Assembly: GCA_051294375.1 (NCBI GenBank)
Contig: CM119266.1
Span: forward strand, 13,704,735-13,768,734
Source of the DNA: Paraspadella gotoi
Taxonomy: Eukaryota; Animalia; Chaetognatha
Direction of reading: 5' to 3'
Length of the DNA stretch: 64,000 bases
The stretch's first letter is position 1. Each line of letters starts with the position of its first letter. Below the pieces are notes generated by a model. It saw only the letters and a list, made by a program, of their open reading frames with translations. It ran no database searches and was not told the origin of the DNA. Below, piece after piece: positions 42,334-54,132 of the stretch. Position numbers and translations under genes: made by a program.

Positions 42334-43794
42334 ATGCAAAGCCCGAGAATCGGTTTCTGCGACGGATGCGGCGAAACTTGCGTCGACGCAGCCGCGCAAG
42401 CGCTGCACCGCAACTCCTGCGCATCCTGCCGTTCGTTCCTGCTGATGCGGCGCCCGACCAGCGGCCCGTTCGCCTGCCGCGCCTGTCGCAAGTCATTCTA
42501 CAGTCGCTTTCTTCTCAAGACTCACGAGAAAGAAGCTCACGGAGGGCGCGTTTTCGAATGCTGGGCCTGCGGCGCCAAGCTCGCCGGGGCCGCCGACATC
42601 GCGCTTCACGATCGACTTCACGTTGGCGACGTCAACGGCTTCGCCAAGAAGGAGCTATCAACTCAGGCGGCGGCATTTGTAACGAAGACGACGACAGCTG
42701 AAAGCATTGCAATAATGACGACGAGGGCGGAAGCGACAACGAGGGCGAAGGAATTAAACGAGAGCGATTCGACGCCCCCCCCGGATCTTCCCGGAATCCC
42801 GCTCTGCCGGATCGTCCGCCGCGGGGAATCGTGGGAGGTCATCTCTCGCAGTCAGTCGCAGAAACAATTTCTCGAAGCGGACGAGGGAGTTACTCCGGCA
42901 CCGCCGATGGTAGAGGGCACCCCCATAAGGACGCCTGTGGACGGCACGCTTGAGAGTCCTACGATGCCGATAGATTTAAATAACTGCGCGGAGATTAACT
43001 GTAACAGGATTCAGTGTTCGATCGATCGTAGAGACGAGAGAAGAAGCTCCGAGGAGAATCCAATCAACGACGAGAAATTGGCAAAACGAATCAAACTTGA
43101 TGGGACTAAGTCGTCTTTGTCATCGGAGACGATGACGATGGGCGTTGATTCGTCCGTGACGTCGATGATCGAAGACGCGGGCCCGAGATTTCCGTCAACT
43201 TCGTCCAATCGGGATTTCGGAACAAACGAAAAAGACAACGTCGTTGAGAAGTTCGTCTCTGACGTCGAGAAATCGTCGCCCAATCGAACGTCGAGAACGG
43301 CGCAAGAGTTAGATATTTTAATGAAATTGAGAGAAAATTGGAGACAGCAGGCGGAACTTCAACGTCAAGTGCAACAAGATGGAGTTTTTTGCAACGCGGA
43401 TACAGAAATGAGAATTGGAAATGAGCATCGACGGTTTGGTGATCTATTCGTGACCGACGTGGGGATAAAGACTGACGTAGTAAAGACTGAACCTTATCCT
43501 CAGAACTTTTGTCGTATCTGCTTCGCCCAGGTAGGGGAGAACGACGACGACGACACCTCTCGACAACACCTGCTCCTTCACGCGGATGTATTCGCCAAGA
43601 CGAGCGTTTGCGCATTTTGTCACGTGACTATTCGCAGCAACGAGGGAATGAAGAATCACTTTATGCGACGCCACGGAGGCGTGGAGAAGATCCACTGCGG
43701 ATGGCGTCAGTGTCTCGCGTCTTTTTGGACGAGGAATGAGCTCCACGTGCATTGGGAGACGCACTCCGTGGAGCCGAGCTCGTTTCACGTCTAA
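42334..43794 (+). CDS. Single-exon C2H2 zinc-finger protein (486 aa), probable transcription regulator
   Basis: Longest ORF in the window, from ACCATG at 42334 to TAA at 43792-43794, followed immediately by AATAAA signals. N-terminal fingers: CDGC-x12-H-x3-C (C2HC-type), CRAC-x12-H-x4-H, CWAC-x12-H-x3-H. C-terminal fingers: CRIC-x15-H-x3-H (atypical), CAFC-x12-H-x4-H, C-x4-C-x12-H-x3-H. The linker is low-complexity and contains PIDLN (PxDLS-like) and IKTD/VKTE (psi-K-x-E/D) motifs. No orthologue recognised. Confidence 0.9.
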   Translation: MQSPRIGFCDGCGETCVDAAAQALHRNSCASCRSFLLMRRPTSGPFACRACRKSFYSRFLLKTHEKEAHGGRVFECWACGAKLAGAADIALHDRLHVGDVNGFAKKELSTQAAAFVTKTTTAESIAIMTTRAEATTRAKELNESDSTPPPDLPGIPLCRIVRRGESWEVISRSQSQKQFLEADEGVTPAPPMVEGTPIRTPVDGTLESPTMPIDLNNCAEINCNRIQCSIDRRDERRSSEENPINDEKLAKRIKLDGTKSSLSSETMTMGVDSSVTSMIEDAGPRFPSTSSNRDFGTNEKDNVVEKFVSDVEKSSPNRTSRTAQELDILMKLRENWRQQAELQRQVQQDGVFCNADTEMRIGNEHRRFGDLFVTDVGIKTDVVKTEPYPQNFCRICFAQVGENDDDDTSRQHLLLHADVFAKTSVCAFCHVTIRSNEGMKNHFMRRHGGVEKIHCGWRQCLASFWTRNELHVHWETHSVEPSSFHV

Positions 43795-45366
43795 AAATAA
43801 ATAAAATAAATATTTAAATAATAAATTATTTTGCTGGTAGCTCATTAAATGTCATTCCAAAAAATATCTTTTTTAGCTATTTTTACCTATTTTTGTGATT
43901 GTTAAAATTTTCGTATTATTAAGAAATAATAATAGATAGTGATAAATCATGATAAACTCAAGTATATTGTTTCATTCGAAATTTTGAATTTTGTATAAAA
44001 TTTGGTTTGTCTTTTGTTTTTTTTTTTCTTCGTCCTCATTCGACACCTTATGCTGAGTCAAAAAAAGTCGAGCAGTCAATAAATGAACAGCATGTTAAAA
44101 TTGTGAGCATTTGGTGAATATTTATGTTAGATATTATTATGAATTTTATTATGAAAGCAATGGCTCCTTATACTTAACATAGCTAATCGGAAAATAATAT
44201 TTTATTTATATTTCATTTATACTCCCAGCGGTAAATAATGTAATCTTTCAAATCTTATATCATTTTTTACTTATAAAACGTTAAATCATATAACTTTTAC
44301 GCACAAAGAATGAGCGACAGTAAAATGTTGTCAGAATCGATTGACGATTAGTGAACGAACCACGAATTCGACTACATCCGCATTTCTACTGAGTTCATCG
44401 CCATCCGTTTCTCTACCTACCTCGGCAACATCCGGGTTTTGACGCATCAACAAATGTCCCGCTCTGCCGCCGACTCGATTCTCGCCTGATTAGAAACGGA
44501 AAAAGACGAGAAAATTAGAGAAGAGAAAAATAAAAAGGAAATGGGGAAAGAAAAAAAAAAAAAAGAATACGGAGGAGAAAATTAGAGAGGAGAAATTTTA
44601 AAAAAAGAAAAAGAAAAAAAAAAGAGGAATTAACCCAGGAGATTGCCTCTGGGTTGAAGGAAGACGGAGAATCGTGTCGGAAGGTATGGGGTATGGGAAA
44701 GGAAAGGGAAAAAAGGGCATGAGAAGGATGAAAGAACCTGAAATGGCGTATTGGAAACTAGAAGGGTATTGAAAACATGGCAAAGGGTAAGTAAAGTAGG
44801 AAAACCGAAAGGTGAAGAAAAGTAGGGAGAGGTAGGGGAAAAGAGAGCGAGAGATTGAGACTTTTGTCTAGAGACACAATAAAAGTTTAATTAGCGAAGT
44901 GGGGGAAGAGATTAAATTCGTTTGAAATGGGTTTCGAGTTTTTAAATTTTTTTTTTCATTTTGAATTTTATTGGATAGTTTTAGTGAAAGTTTTAGGAAC
45001 GTGAGGGAAACTCAGAATACTTTTTACTTTTTATTTATAAAAGAAAGCTTGTCAAAAAAGAACTCTCTTTATTAACTTACAATTATTCGAAGCTACATTC
45101 GTATCATATTTCGGTGTTGAGTCTACTTTTTTCCATTTTCCCCTTATTTTCTAATTCTATTTTAACAGAATCACCCCGTCGAATTAATCACTCCCATCAC
45201 AACCCTCTCCCTCTCACTCTAGTTTGATTCATGTTTGACTCATTCGATTCCATTTAATTCCCCTTTCCTCTTCTACTTCTCTCTCCTCTTCACAAACCGC
45301 GAAGCTACGTTGTCCCTTTGCCCTTTTCCATTTCTCTTCTCTTTCATCTTCAATGCGATCGTAATA

Positions 45367-45397
<31 letters not shown>

Positions 45398-45867
45398 CCT
45401 CGTACTCTCCTACCTAAATGATCATCTTCTCGTCGTTAAGAACCTCGTCGTCATTCCACGCTGCTGCCGCTGCACCCTGCTGCGGCGGCTGGCATTAAAA
45501 ACGAGTACGGCGTCCCGCGGCAGACGTACGCGTACTCTGACGAATCGCTGTGACATTCTTTGTCACTCCTTTGCTCTTCCCGCCAATCTCTTTCTTACAT
45601 TGTCTAATTTTACCTATTCTTTTTTGTCACTACAGCCTTCTTTCTTTCCTTTTTTATTCGCCTCTTCCAGTTTATCCCCTAGTTACATCGCTCCCTTTAC
45701 CCTTGGCAAACAGGAGCCAGACGAACCGTCCGTCCGTCCGTCCGTCCGTCCGTATGTTTGAACCCTACGCCGGCGGAGAATTGAGATGCAGTTGACTCCC
45801 CCCTTTCGACACTTCATCAAGGCCGAGGACCCGGGATCTCGACCCCGACACTCGAGGCTTGGCATCG

Positions 45868-45976
<109 letters not shown>

Positions 45977-47828
45977 GTCACGATATTCATTTGGATGAAG
46001 CCATAACGTCGGCCTTCACACCGAGGGAGGCATAAAAGTTATTTTTTTCTCCGTCGATATAATAGAAACCGAGAGGGCGTTGGATAAAAGGAGGGGGAGA
46101 GAGCGTGGGCGTTTCTAAAAAAGAGTCGACGTTTAAATTTCAGGGTTTTTTTTGTTGAAAAGCTCAAAATGAAGTTTCGACTTTCGAGCTCGAGTTGGAT
46201 TTGACAAGAATGAAAGTAGTGAAGTATGAAAGTTTAGAAAACCATAATGGTTTTTTTCACAAAAAATAAGGTTGACATTTTTTATATATATTAACTGAAA
46301 CTCTGGCTAGACATCTGGTGTCAGAATTTTCTCTCCTTTAAAATTTTTAATGATCAAATACTAAATAACAATCATATTGACACCGCAAAGACGCGCCACT
46401 CCAAGAAACGCGGGCCCAGACGCGCGGCGCCATTGGAGACCGACAACATTTTATCAACCTCCATTCTATCGCCCACCACCCCCGACCTTTACTACTCGTT
46501 CTTTTCGCCTTGTGACGCCCGACAGGTTTTATGTGGAGTTATTCCATTCCCGAAATCTCGATTTGCGATCAGCACTATTTCTGGGGTCCTTTCCTTTTCT
46601 TTCCCTTTCTTTTTTTTTCTCTTTTCTTTTCTATATTTTGTTATGAAATTGGTACAATCATTCATTTAATAAATAAGCTATCTTGACACTGACTTTGGAC
46701 ACTGTCCAATGGACAGGCTTTGGTGCTTTAAAGCATCCATCACTCTTACAAGATAATGACATAGCAGGTCCTTGCAAGCATTCAATCAAGACTCTCTCAC
46801 AGTATCGTTTATTAGGTTTGTTCTCCGTTAAACTACCTTTTGACCTCTTTTATCCCGTTTCTTCTTTTCCCCCCTTTTCGTTCATTTTTTCATACTTTTT
46901 TTCTGTTCATAATCCATATCTTCTTCGCTTTCCGAAAAAAAAGCAAGATTCTTCACAAATGTACAACGACGACGAAGACGCGTCACAAATGGAGCAAATG
47001 TGACGGATGTCGTTTCCAAGGACGACGTAACGTCGAAAAAGTCGCGTCCGAAAATAATTCTGTCTCACGAGTCACGAGTGACACGAGTCGTCCAAACCGT
47101 GATACGAAGAATGCGTCCCGTGTCACGAGGATACAGTCACGGGTGAAATCCTCGAGGGGAAAAGTGAAAGGCGCTCGCGACTTTTTACCTTTATGAATTG
47201 ACTTCAACGTTTTTGTCGTGTTCTTTCTTTCTTTCGTTGCTAAAATGATAGAATGTACGTCGTTGCTATTTATCGCTATCGTCGTCATTTTCGTCGTCGC
47301 CCGCCCTCGCCTAAATTAAATTACGGAAACCCAAACAAAACATCATCGACTCGCGAGATATTCCGTCCATCCGATAAGAAAGCAAAGAACTCGATTTTTG
47401 TCCCCTCTTATCCTTACCATTTCTTGCTTAAACTTACTCTTGCCGCCCAGTAAACTCACACTGACAATTCAATCCTTGATCCGAGAACTCACCACCCCGG
47501 TACCGCCCCCCCCCACAAGAAAGCGAAAAGAAAGAAAAGAGAAACGCGAAGGTTATCGAGTTATAAATACTTGATCGCCTCAGCGAAGGCAGAAGCCGAC
47601 AGCGTGAGGGACCCAGTGAGGCTGACATCGAAAGAGTGGGGCAGAAGAGAGAGGGAGGTAGGTAGGGTGTGGGGAGTGGATGAGAAGCGGGGACGTGTAG
47701 AATTATGATAAGGGAGAGGGTCGAATATGAATGGGTAAAAAAAGAACGAGACCTGGGAAGATGGGATATGTTGGGTATGTACATGAGACACTCTCTCCTC
47801 TCTCTCTCATTCTCTCGTCTCTCGTCTC

Positions 47829-47866
<38 letters not shown>

Positions 47867-47870
47867 ATCT

Positions 47871-47901
<31 letters not shown>

Positions 47902-48035
47902 TCATCTCTCGTTTTTCTGCCTATTTTTTTCTCTTTCTCTCGAAAAACGAATTAAGTCGCGTTTTTCTTTTCCGTCTCTTTTATTATTTCGCTGCGGTCT
48001 TTTTTTTTGGAAAAAGAGGAGAGAAGAGACAGAGA

Positions 48036-48108
<73 letters not shown>

Positions 48109-48266
48109 GATTCAATTCGTTCCCGTCATCGTTGCCTTTTTAATTCCGCGCGTTTCATCTGGAAACAACTTTTGCCAACAAAAGAAAGCTACGTTTATGG
48201 AAGAATTTGGGGAGAAAAAAACCGTCGTAGGAATTTTACTGACTGGGAGGGAGAGAGAGAGAGAGA

Positions 48267-48332
<66 letters not shown>

Positions 48333-48662
48333 AGGCGAGAGAGAGAGAGAGAGAGAGAGGATAACATTAACCCTGTATTATGTGTGTGTGGGCGGGAATG
48401 AATGTTAACTGAACTGATTAGTGACGACCATAATTAATGTAGCCAAATTAATCAATTTAAACTTTTAACGATTCCAACATTGATTGACAAGCATTTTTTA
48501 CTTCTTCTCCTTCAACTGAACCATTCATTTTAGCCTCATCTCTCTCCCTCCACCATGAATCCCCATTTATGTCTCGGTCTCTCGCGACAAAGACTTCGCC
48601 GGCGAATCAATAACTCATCTCGCCCTCGTTGACGGAAGAGGGCGGGGCAGAGGGGCGTGGAG

Positions 48663-48694
<32 letters not shown>

Positions 48695-50677
48695 AGAGAA
48701 GAGAGAGAGAGAGAGAGATAAAGTATCGTGATTGGTCTTTATTTCTTCGATGTGATTCCCTCGTCGGTCCCAGCGAATGATCATCTTACTCTTCATTTTT
48801 ATATCTGGTCATTGAATAATTCCTGTTCGCCAGACCTTTAACGAGGTCATTATTCTCGTGATGACATTCACTGATATTTATATCAAGTCCATAACATACT
48901 TCTTACCATACCTGATCGTGATCTTTTATAATACTCATAGTAATTCATTATTCGGTCCACGCTCCGCGTCTCTCTTCGTCTCGGAGATGCTACTTTGTTT
49001 TTCCCGACGAATAATTTCCATACGCAACGCATCATCCTCTAGATTTTGAATACGAATTACGCCGGACTGAGACGCCGAAGGTCGACGTCTAATCTGTGGA
49101 GAACCTTTCAGTCTTGAGTGCGGAGCCCGGAAAAGAAAGAGTCAACAATTCCGAGACACTAGTACCGGTAAAGTGAAATGATGGTGAAGATGGTGTAATT
49201 TTGTATTAAGCTGCTAATCAATTTAGGAAAATAACATTTAAGAATTATTAAATATATTACAAATTATCTGCTTTCGGGTTTTACGCTGATATACGTACGA
49301 AGTTCAACGACATTTCAAAAATAAAAAAAATTAAAAACTTATGATTTAAAATTTGAGGAATATTTTCGCGAAAACTTTACGTGTTTCCCAATAATAAACT
49401 AAGTTTAACGCCCTGTCTAAACAAGCCTCGAAACAGAATAAATAAAAAGAGCCGAATATGAAAGAAAGAAAGAAAAAATCACCGACGATAACGTTGAAAA
49501 AACTCGTGGTAGTGGATTGAGTAAAACCATTAGGAAGATAAAGTGGATGAGCGAGAAAGAGGATCGGAGATGGAGGAAGAGGAGGAAAGAAGGAAAGGAA
49601 AGAAAAGAAAAGAAGAAGAGAGGAAAGGAACTGAGTACTTAAAGTCTAGAAAAGGTAATAAAAGAGATGAAAGGAGAGGAAAAAAATAAGAAAAATGGGA
49701 AAGAAAAGAAAAAGAAAAGAAGGGCAGCGGAAAGGAAAAAGAAAGGAAAGGAAAGGAAGGGAGAACAGTAGATAGGAACCTAAGTACCTAAGGAAGGAAA
49801 AGGAAAGAAGAGAAAAAGAAAAGAAGGAAAAGAATTGAAAGGGAAGGAGTTGAGAGGAAAGGAAAAGGAAGGATGAAAAAAAGCGGAGAAAGAAAGAGGT
49901 GAAGAAAGGAATAAAAAGGAAAAGAAAAATATAAGGAAGAAAATAAAGAAAGAGAGGTAAGTGAAAGGAAGTGCCAGAGCCAAGGGGGAAAAATAAAAGG
50001 GAGACGTCGTTTTTTAAAATTTTCGATGAATGATGCGCTTTTTTGTGCTCGTTCGTCCTTGAAATAATCCATTAGCGACGCGTCACACACAAACCTTTTA
50101 TTTTCATTCGACTTTTTTTATATTTTCATAACTTGGGGGTGAGTAAAAGGAATATATATAGGTCAACGACCTCGCAGATGGAAACATAAGGGTGATATAG
50201 TTATAAAAACAGAATATACTGTATCATGGTAAAATGGCCAATTACGTCGGAAGAGCTATTAGCTTACGAGGTGGACGCTTGATGTCAAATATTATTTAAA
50301 TTTATTAACGTATTCAACGTATTTATTATTACCTGCTTCAGAGTGCCTTTCTCCTCGCGATTTACTTCTCACGATTCCGCGCCAATAAGTGGGTATCCTC
50401 AATGGAGGCTAATAACTTTGCGCCCAAGGCCAATCACGTAGCGTCGGCCACTCGTCATTGATTTTTTCACTTCCGCGTGATCCTTCTGTTTCTTCTGCCG
50501 TTCGCTTTCACGAGGAACTCTATCACCCACTTTCTCCTTATGCTCGCCATTTTTGACGCTTCTGCCTGCCTTACTTCTCTCACTTACCATTCAGTATTTT
50601 TGGTAGTGGTATCTCTCCCACCCTTTGTCTATATTCTTAATGCCGCACGCCATCTCGCGCCTCTTTCACCACCATAG

Positions 50678-52843
50678 GGTCCAACCCACCCCTTCTTCCA
50701 AAGCCTCCACCCACACCACCGCTTCCCCCCCAGTCCCCCCCTTCTACACCAGCTCGGCCTTCTCCTTCCGACGGCGGTCGTGACAGATGGCGCCGATCGT
50801 CTTTCCCTCGCCTCTTCTCGCCAGCGCTGGAAGTGAGACGCCGGCGTCGTTCGTCCGTGACTCGTTCCATTGGCGGCGTCGAAGTAGGGCGCCGTTTTTC
50901 GCGCCTTTTAATCAACTCGGCGCCTTTTGACGGTTGGCCGGATGTCGGTTTTTAAGGTCCTTTTCTGGTTTTTCGTTTAGACATTTTATCAATATCTTTT
51001 TCAAATTATTAGTCTTGGATTTTGATCTCGTCATACATTTTGTTTTTGTCTTTTGTTTTCACAGCCATTGTTTCGTCAAACCATTTAGCCGTTTCAATAA
51101 TATTACTATTACTAATAGAAGCAAAAAATTGTGCAATATTATTATGGAAGAATTTTAAAACGAACTCTGCGTCGAGTGGTTCATAAAAAACATTTCCATA
51201 AAACCATCTTTTTATAGCGCACTTTATAAAAAAAAAGGAGAAAAAAAAAAAAAACAACGCCGTAAAAACTCATATCGAAGGCACAACAAAACGCGGACCA
51301 CATGCCAGGCTCGGTTCCCGCGCGATGGCGCCGCTGGAAGTCGGCCGCCCACCAAAAAAAAAGACAGACAACCAAAAACAGCGCAACGAAGGGGCAAACG
51401 AAAAGCAAATAAAATATAAACAACAAAAGAGAAAAACGAAGGAAGGGAACCGGAAAATCAAATTCCTTCTCGGAGGCGAAAAGAGAAGAAGAAGAAAAAA
51501 ATCGTTTCTAGAGGAAAAAAAAAAGATTTTTCTTCTTTAGTTTCTTCTATTTGTTTCTTCTAGTCGCTACTTGTTTCTTTTTTTTCCTTTTTTTCTTTTC
51601 TTTTCTTTTCTTTTCTTTCCTTTTCTTTCTTTTCTTTTCCTTTCTTTTCTTTATTTTCTTTTCTTTTTTTCCCTTTTCTTTCTTTTCTTTTCTTTTCCTT
51701 TCTTTTCTATAATATTTCACGGTTTTCTGTTTTCTTTATAAGCTTTAATTTATTTTCATCTGTTTTATTTTCGTTGCTTTTTTTAATTATTTCTTTCTCT
51801 CTTTCTTCCTTTCCTCCTTTCTTCCTTTCTTTCCCCTCTTCTCTCCGACCGCAACGCCAGCCTCGTTTTCATCTCACCATTTTTCGTGGCTTCTTTTTTT
51901 TTCCGCTTTTCCTCATCTCGTATTTTTTGACTTTTTCCATTTGTTTTCCCGTCCATACTCTTATTGCCTTCTCGTTTGTTCCATTTCCCAACATTTTTTT
52001 TATATTCTCCATACATATATCGACCTTTATTCATATTCATATTCATATTCATATTCATATTCATATTCTTTCCATTAATCTCTCTAGTTCTCCCTCCACT
52101 CATTCTGCTACGATTTGCCCTTTATTTTTTGACGCATTTCTTCCTTTTTTTTCCTTTCCTTTTTTTCTACTTTTTCTTCCTTTTTTTTCTGCTCCGAAAA
52201 ATCAGAAATCGAAAGTCGCGGGCGTCAAAGAAATTCCGATACTGAGGATCATCGGTCGAAACCTCCGCCGCCCGAAGGTTAAAGTGGGGAGAGGGGTGTG
52301 GATAAAAATTAAGAGGAGGGTGTGGACTGAGGTAGAAGAGGAGTGGGGAGTGGGTGAAGGGCGAGGGGAGAGGGGTGTGGATAAAAATTAGGAGGAGGGT
52401 GTGGACTGTGTCGAAAAGGTGGAAGAGAATGGGGAGGGGGTAGAAGGCGAGGGTGGAGAGGGGTGTGGATAAAAATTAAGAGGGGGGTGTGGACTGAGGT
52501 GGAAGAGGAGTGGGGAGTGGGTGGAAGGGCGAGGGGGAGAGGGTGTGGATAAAAATTAGGAGGAGGGTGTGGACTGTGGTCGAAAAAGGTGGAAGAGGAA
52601 TGGGGAGGGGGTAAGAAGGGCGAGGGGGAGAGGGGTGTGGATAAAAAATTTTAGGAAGGGTGTGGACTGTGGTCGAAAAGGTGGAAGAGGAGTGGGGAGG
52701 GGGTTAGAAGGCGAGGGAGAGAGGGGTGGGGATAAAAATTAGGAGGAGGTTGTGGACTGTGGTCGAAAGGTGGAAGAGAGGTGGGGAGTGGGGCGAAGGG
52801 TGAGGGGGAGAGGGTGACGTAGAAAGAGGCGACAAAGAGTGAT

Positions 52844-52875
<32 letters not shown>

Positions 52876-52876
52876 C

Positions 52877-52920
<44 letters not shown>

Positions 52921-53169
52921 CGATTCTCGGTTGGGAAGATACAAAAACTCAAAAAGAAGAGAAGAGAAGGAAACTATAGAATGACTCAAAGCCGCATCTT
53001 TTAAAAACCTTTCCCGATTTCAACTCGGTCTCGTCGGGTGAAGATTTTCTCCGCAGTGAATCACTTTGAGACTAAACTGTCGGGCTTCGGCCCAATCGAC
53101 GCTTCACTCACCTCCAACCAAGAACTAACTGAGCCCAATCTCTCTTCCCGCCGCCGGCGCCGTCGATGA
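50678..53169 (+). CDS. Candidate last two exons of an unidentified gene (Pro-rich, RRSS-containing)
   Basis: 50678-50932 follows a pyrimidine-rich ...caccatAG and reads GSNPPLLPKPPPTPPLPPQSPPSTPARPSPSDGGRDRWRRSSFPRLFSPALEVRRRRSSVTR...SAPFD. A weak phase-1 donor (G|GTTGGC) joins in frame to 53057-53169 (ttttctccgCAG; VNHFETKLSGFGPIDASLTSNQELTEPNLSSRRRRRR*). Upstream exons were not identified and no homology was recognised. Confidence 0.3.
52284..52815 (+). repeat. G-rich minisatellite, 6 units of ~80 or ~90 bp
   Basis: The anchor TGTGGATAAAAATT occurs at 52297, 52376, 52464, 52544 and 52636 (the last with one extra A), with a variant at 52727; spacings are 79, 88, 80, 92 and 91. The long units carry an extra TGTGGTCGAAAA-like segment. 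Confidence 0.9.
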
Positions 53170-53617
53170 TCTTTTCTCGGCAAAGACGGAGGCCAAGATG
53201 AAATCGTCTGCATCGATGATAACTGAGAACGCATTGACGCTCATTGAAGCTACGATCGAGTAGGACTTTTAAATAATCCTGTCTGACATCGATTTTGCTT
53301 CATTCTCATTCTTCACGATCCACGAGCATTTGGCCAACATCCCACTCACAATAATACATAAGTAAATATTTTAATTTTATATAATTTGATAATTAAAAAT
53401 TTTAAATAAAGTGAAATCAAGGAATAATGAAAATGTATGAAATTAAAAAAAACTTAAAATAGTGAAACAAGTAATCCTCTTGCCTTCCACCCTTCTTAGG
53501 TTATTTCTATTCCATCTTTAATCTGTGTCTTCCTCTCTTCGCCCTCCACTCCCTTCTTCGTTTCTAAAGCGACCTCCAAATCTCCACTCTCGGGATAGAG
53601 TTGCTTTGAGTTCCATT

Positions 53618-53653
<36 letters not shown>

Positions 53654-54047
53654 NNNNNNNNNNNNNNNNNNNNNNNNNNNNNNNNNNNNNNNNNNNNNNN
53701 NNNNNNNNNNNNNNNNNNNNNNNNNNNNNNNNNNNNNNNNNNNNNNNNNNNNNNNNNNNNNNNNNNNNNNNNNNNNNNNNNNNNNNNNNNNNNNNNNNNN
53801 NNNNNNNNNNNNNNNNNNNNNNNNNNNNNNNNNNNNNNNNNNNNNNNNNNNNCTCTCTCTCTCTCTCTCTCTCTGTCTCCGTCTATTTCCTCCTCTGTTC
53901 AAATATTAATGAAGACATCAATGGTCTTCCAGCAACATTCAAAGTTTTTTTCTATGGAGGAATTTGGTCGAGCGGAAATCGAGGAAGAGGAAGAGAAGGA
54001 GGAGAAGGAAGAGGGGGGAGGAAAGAGAGAGGAATCTTTTGTATCGC

Positions 54048-54132
<85 letters not shown>

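Noticed and set aside
43011-43845. Minus-strand ORFs overlapping the zinc-finger gene
   Set aside because: Shadow frames with no motifs; the + strand has the recognisable fingers and polyA signals.
52297-52644. Five TGTGGATAA 9-mers (reverse complement of the bacterial DnaA box TTATCCACA) at regular spacing; also superficially CRISPR-like
   Set aside because: They are part of a tandem unit whose intervening sequence also repeats, so there are no unique spacers. The context is eukaryotic with no cas or dnaA genes. One chance 9-mer was amplified with the minisatellite.
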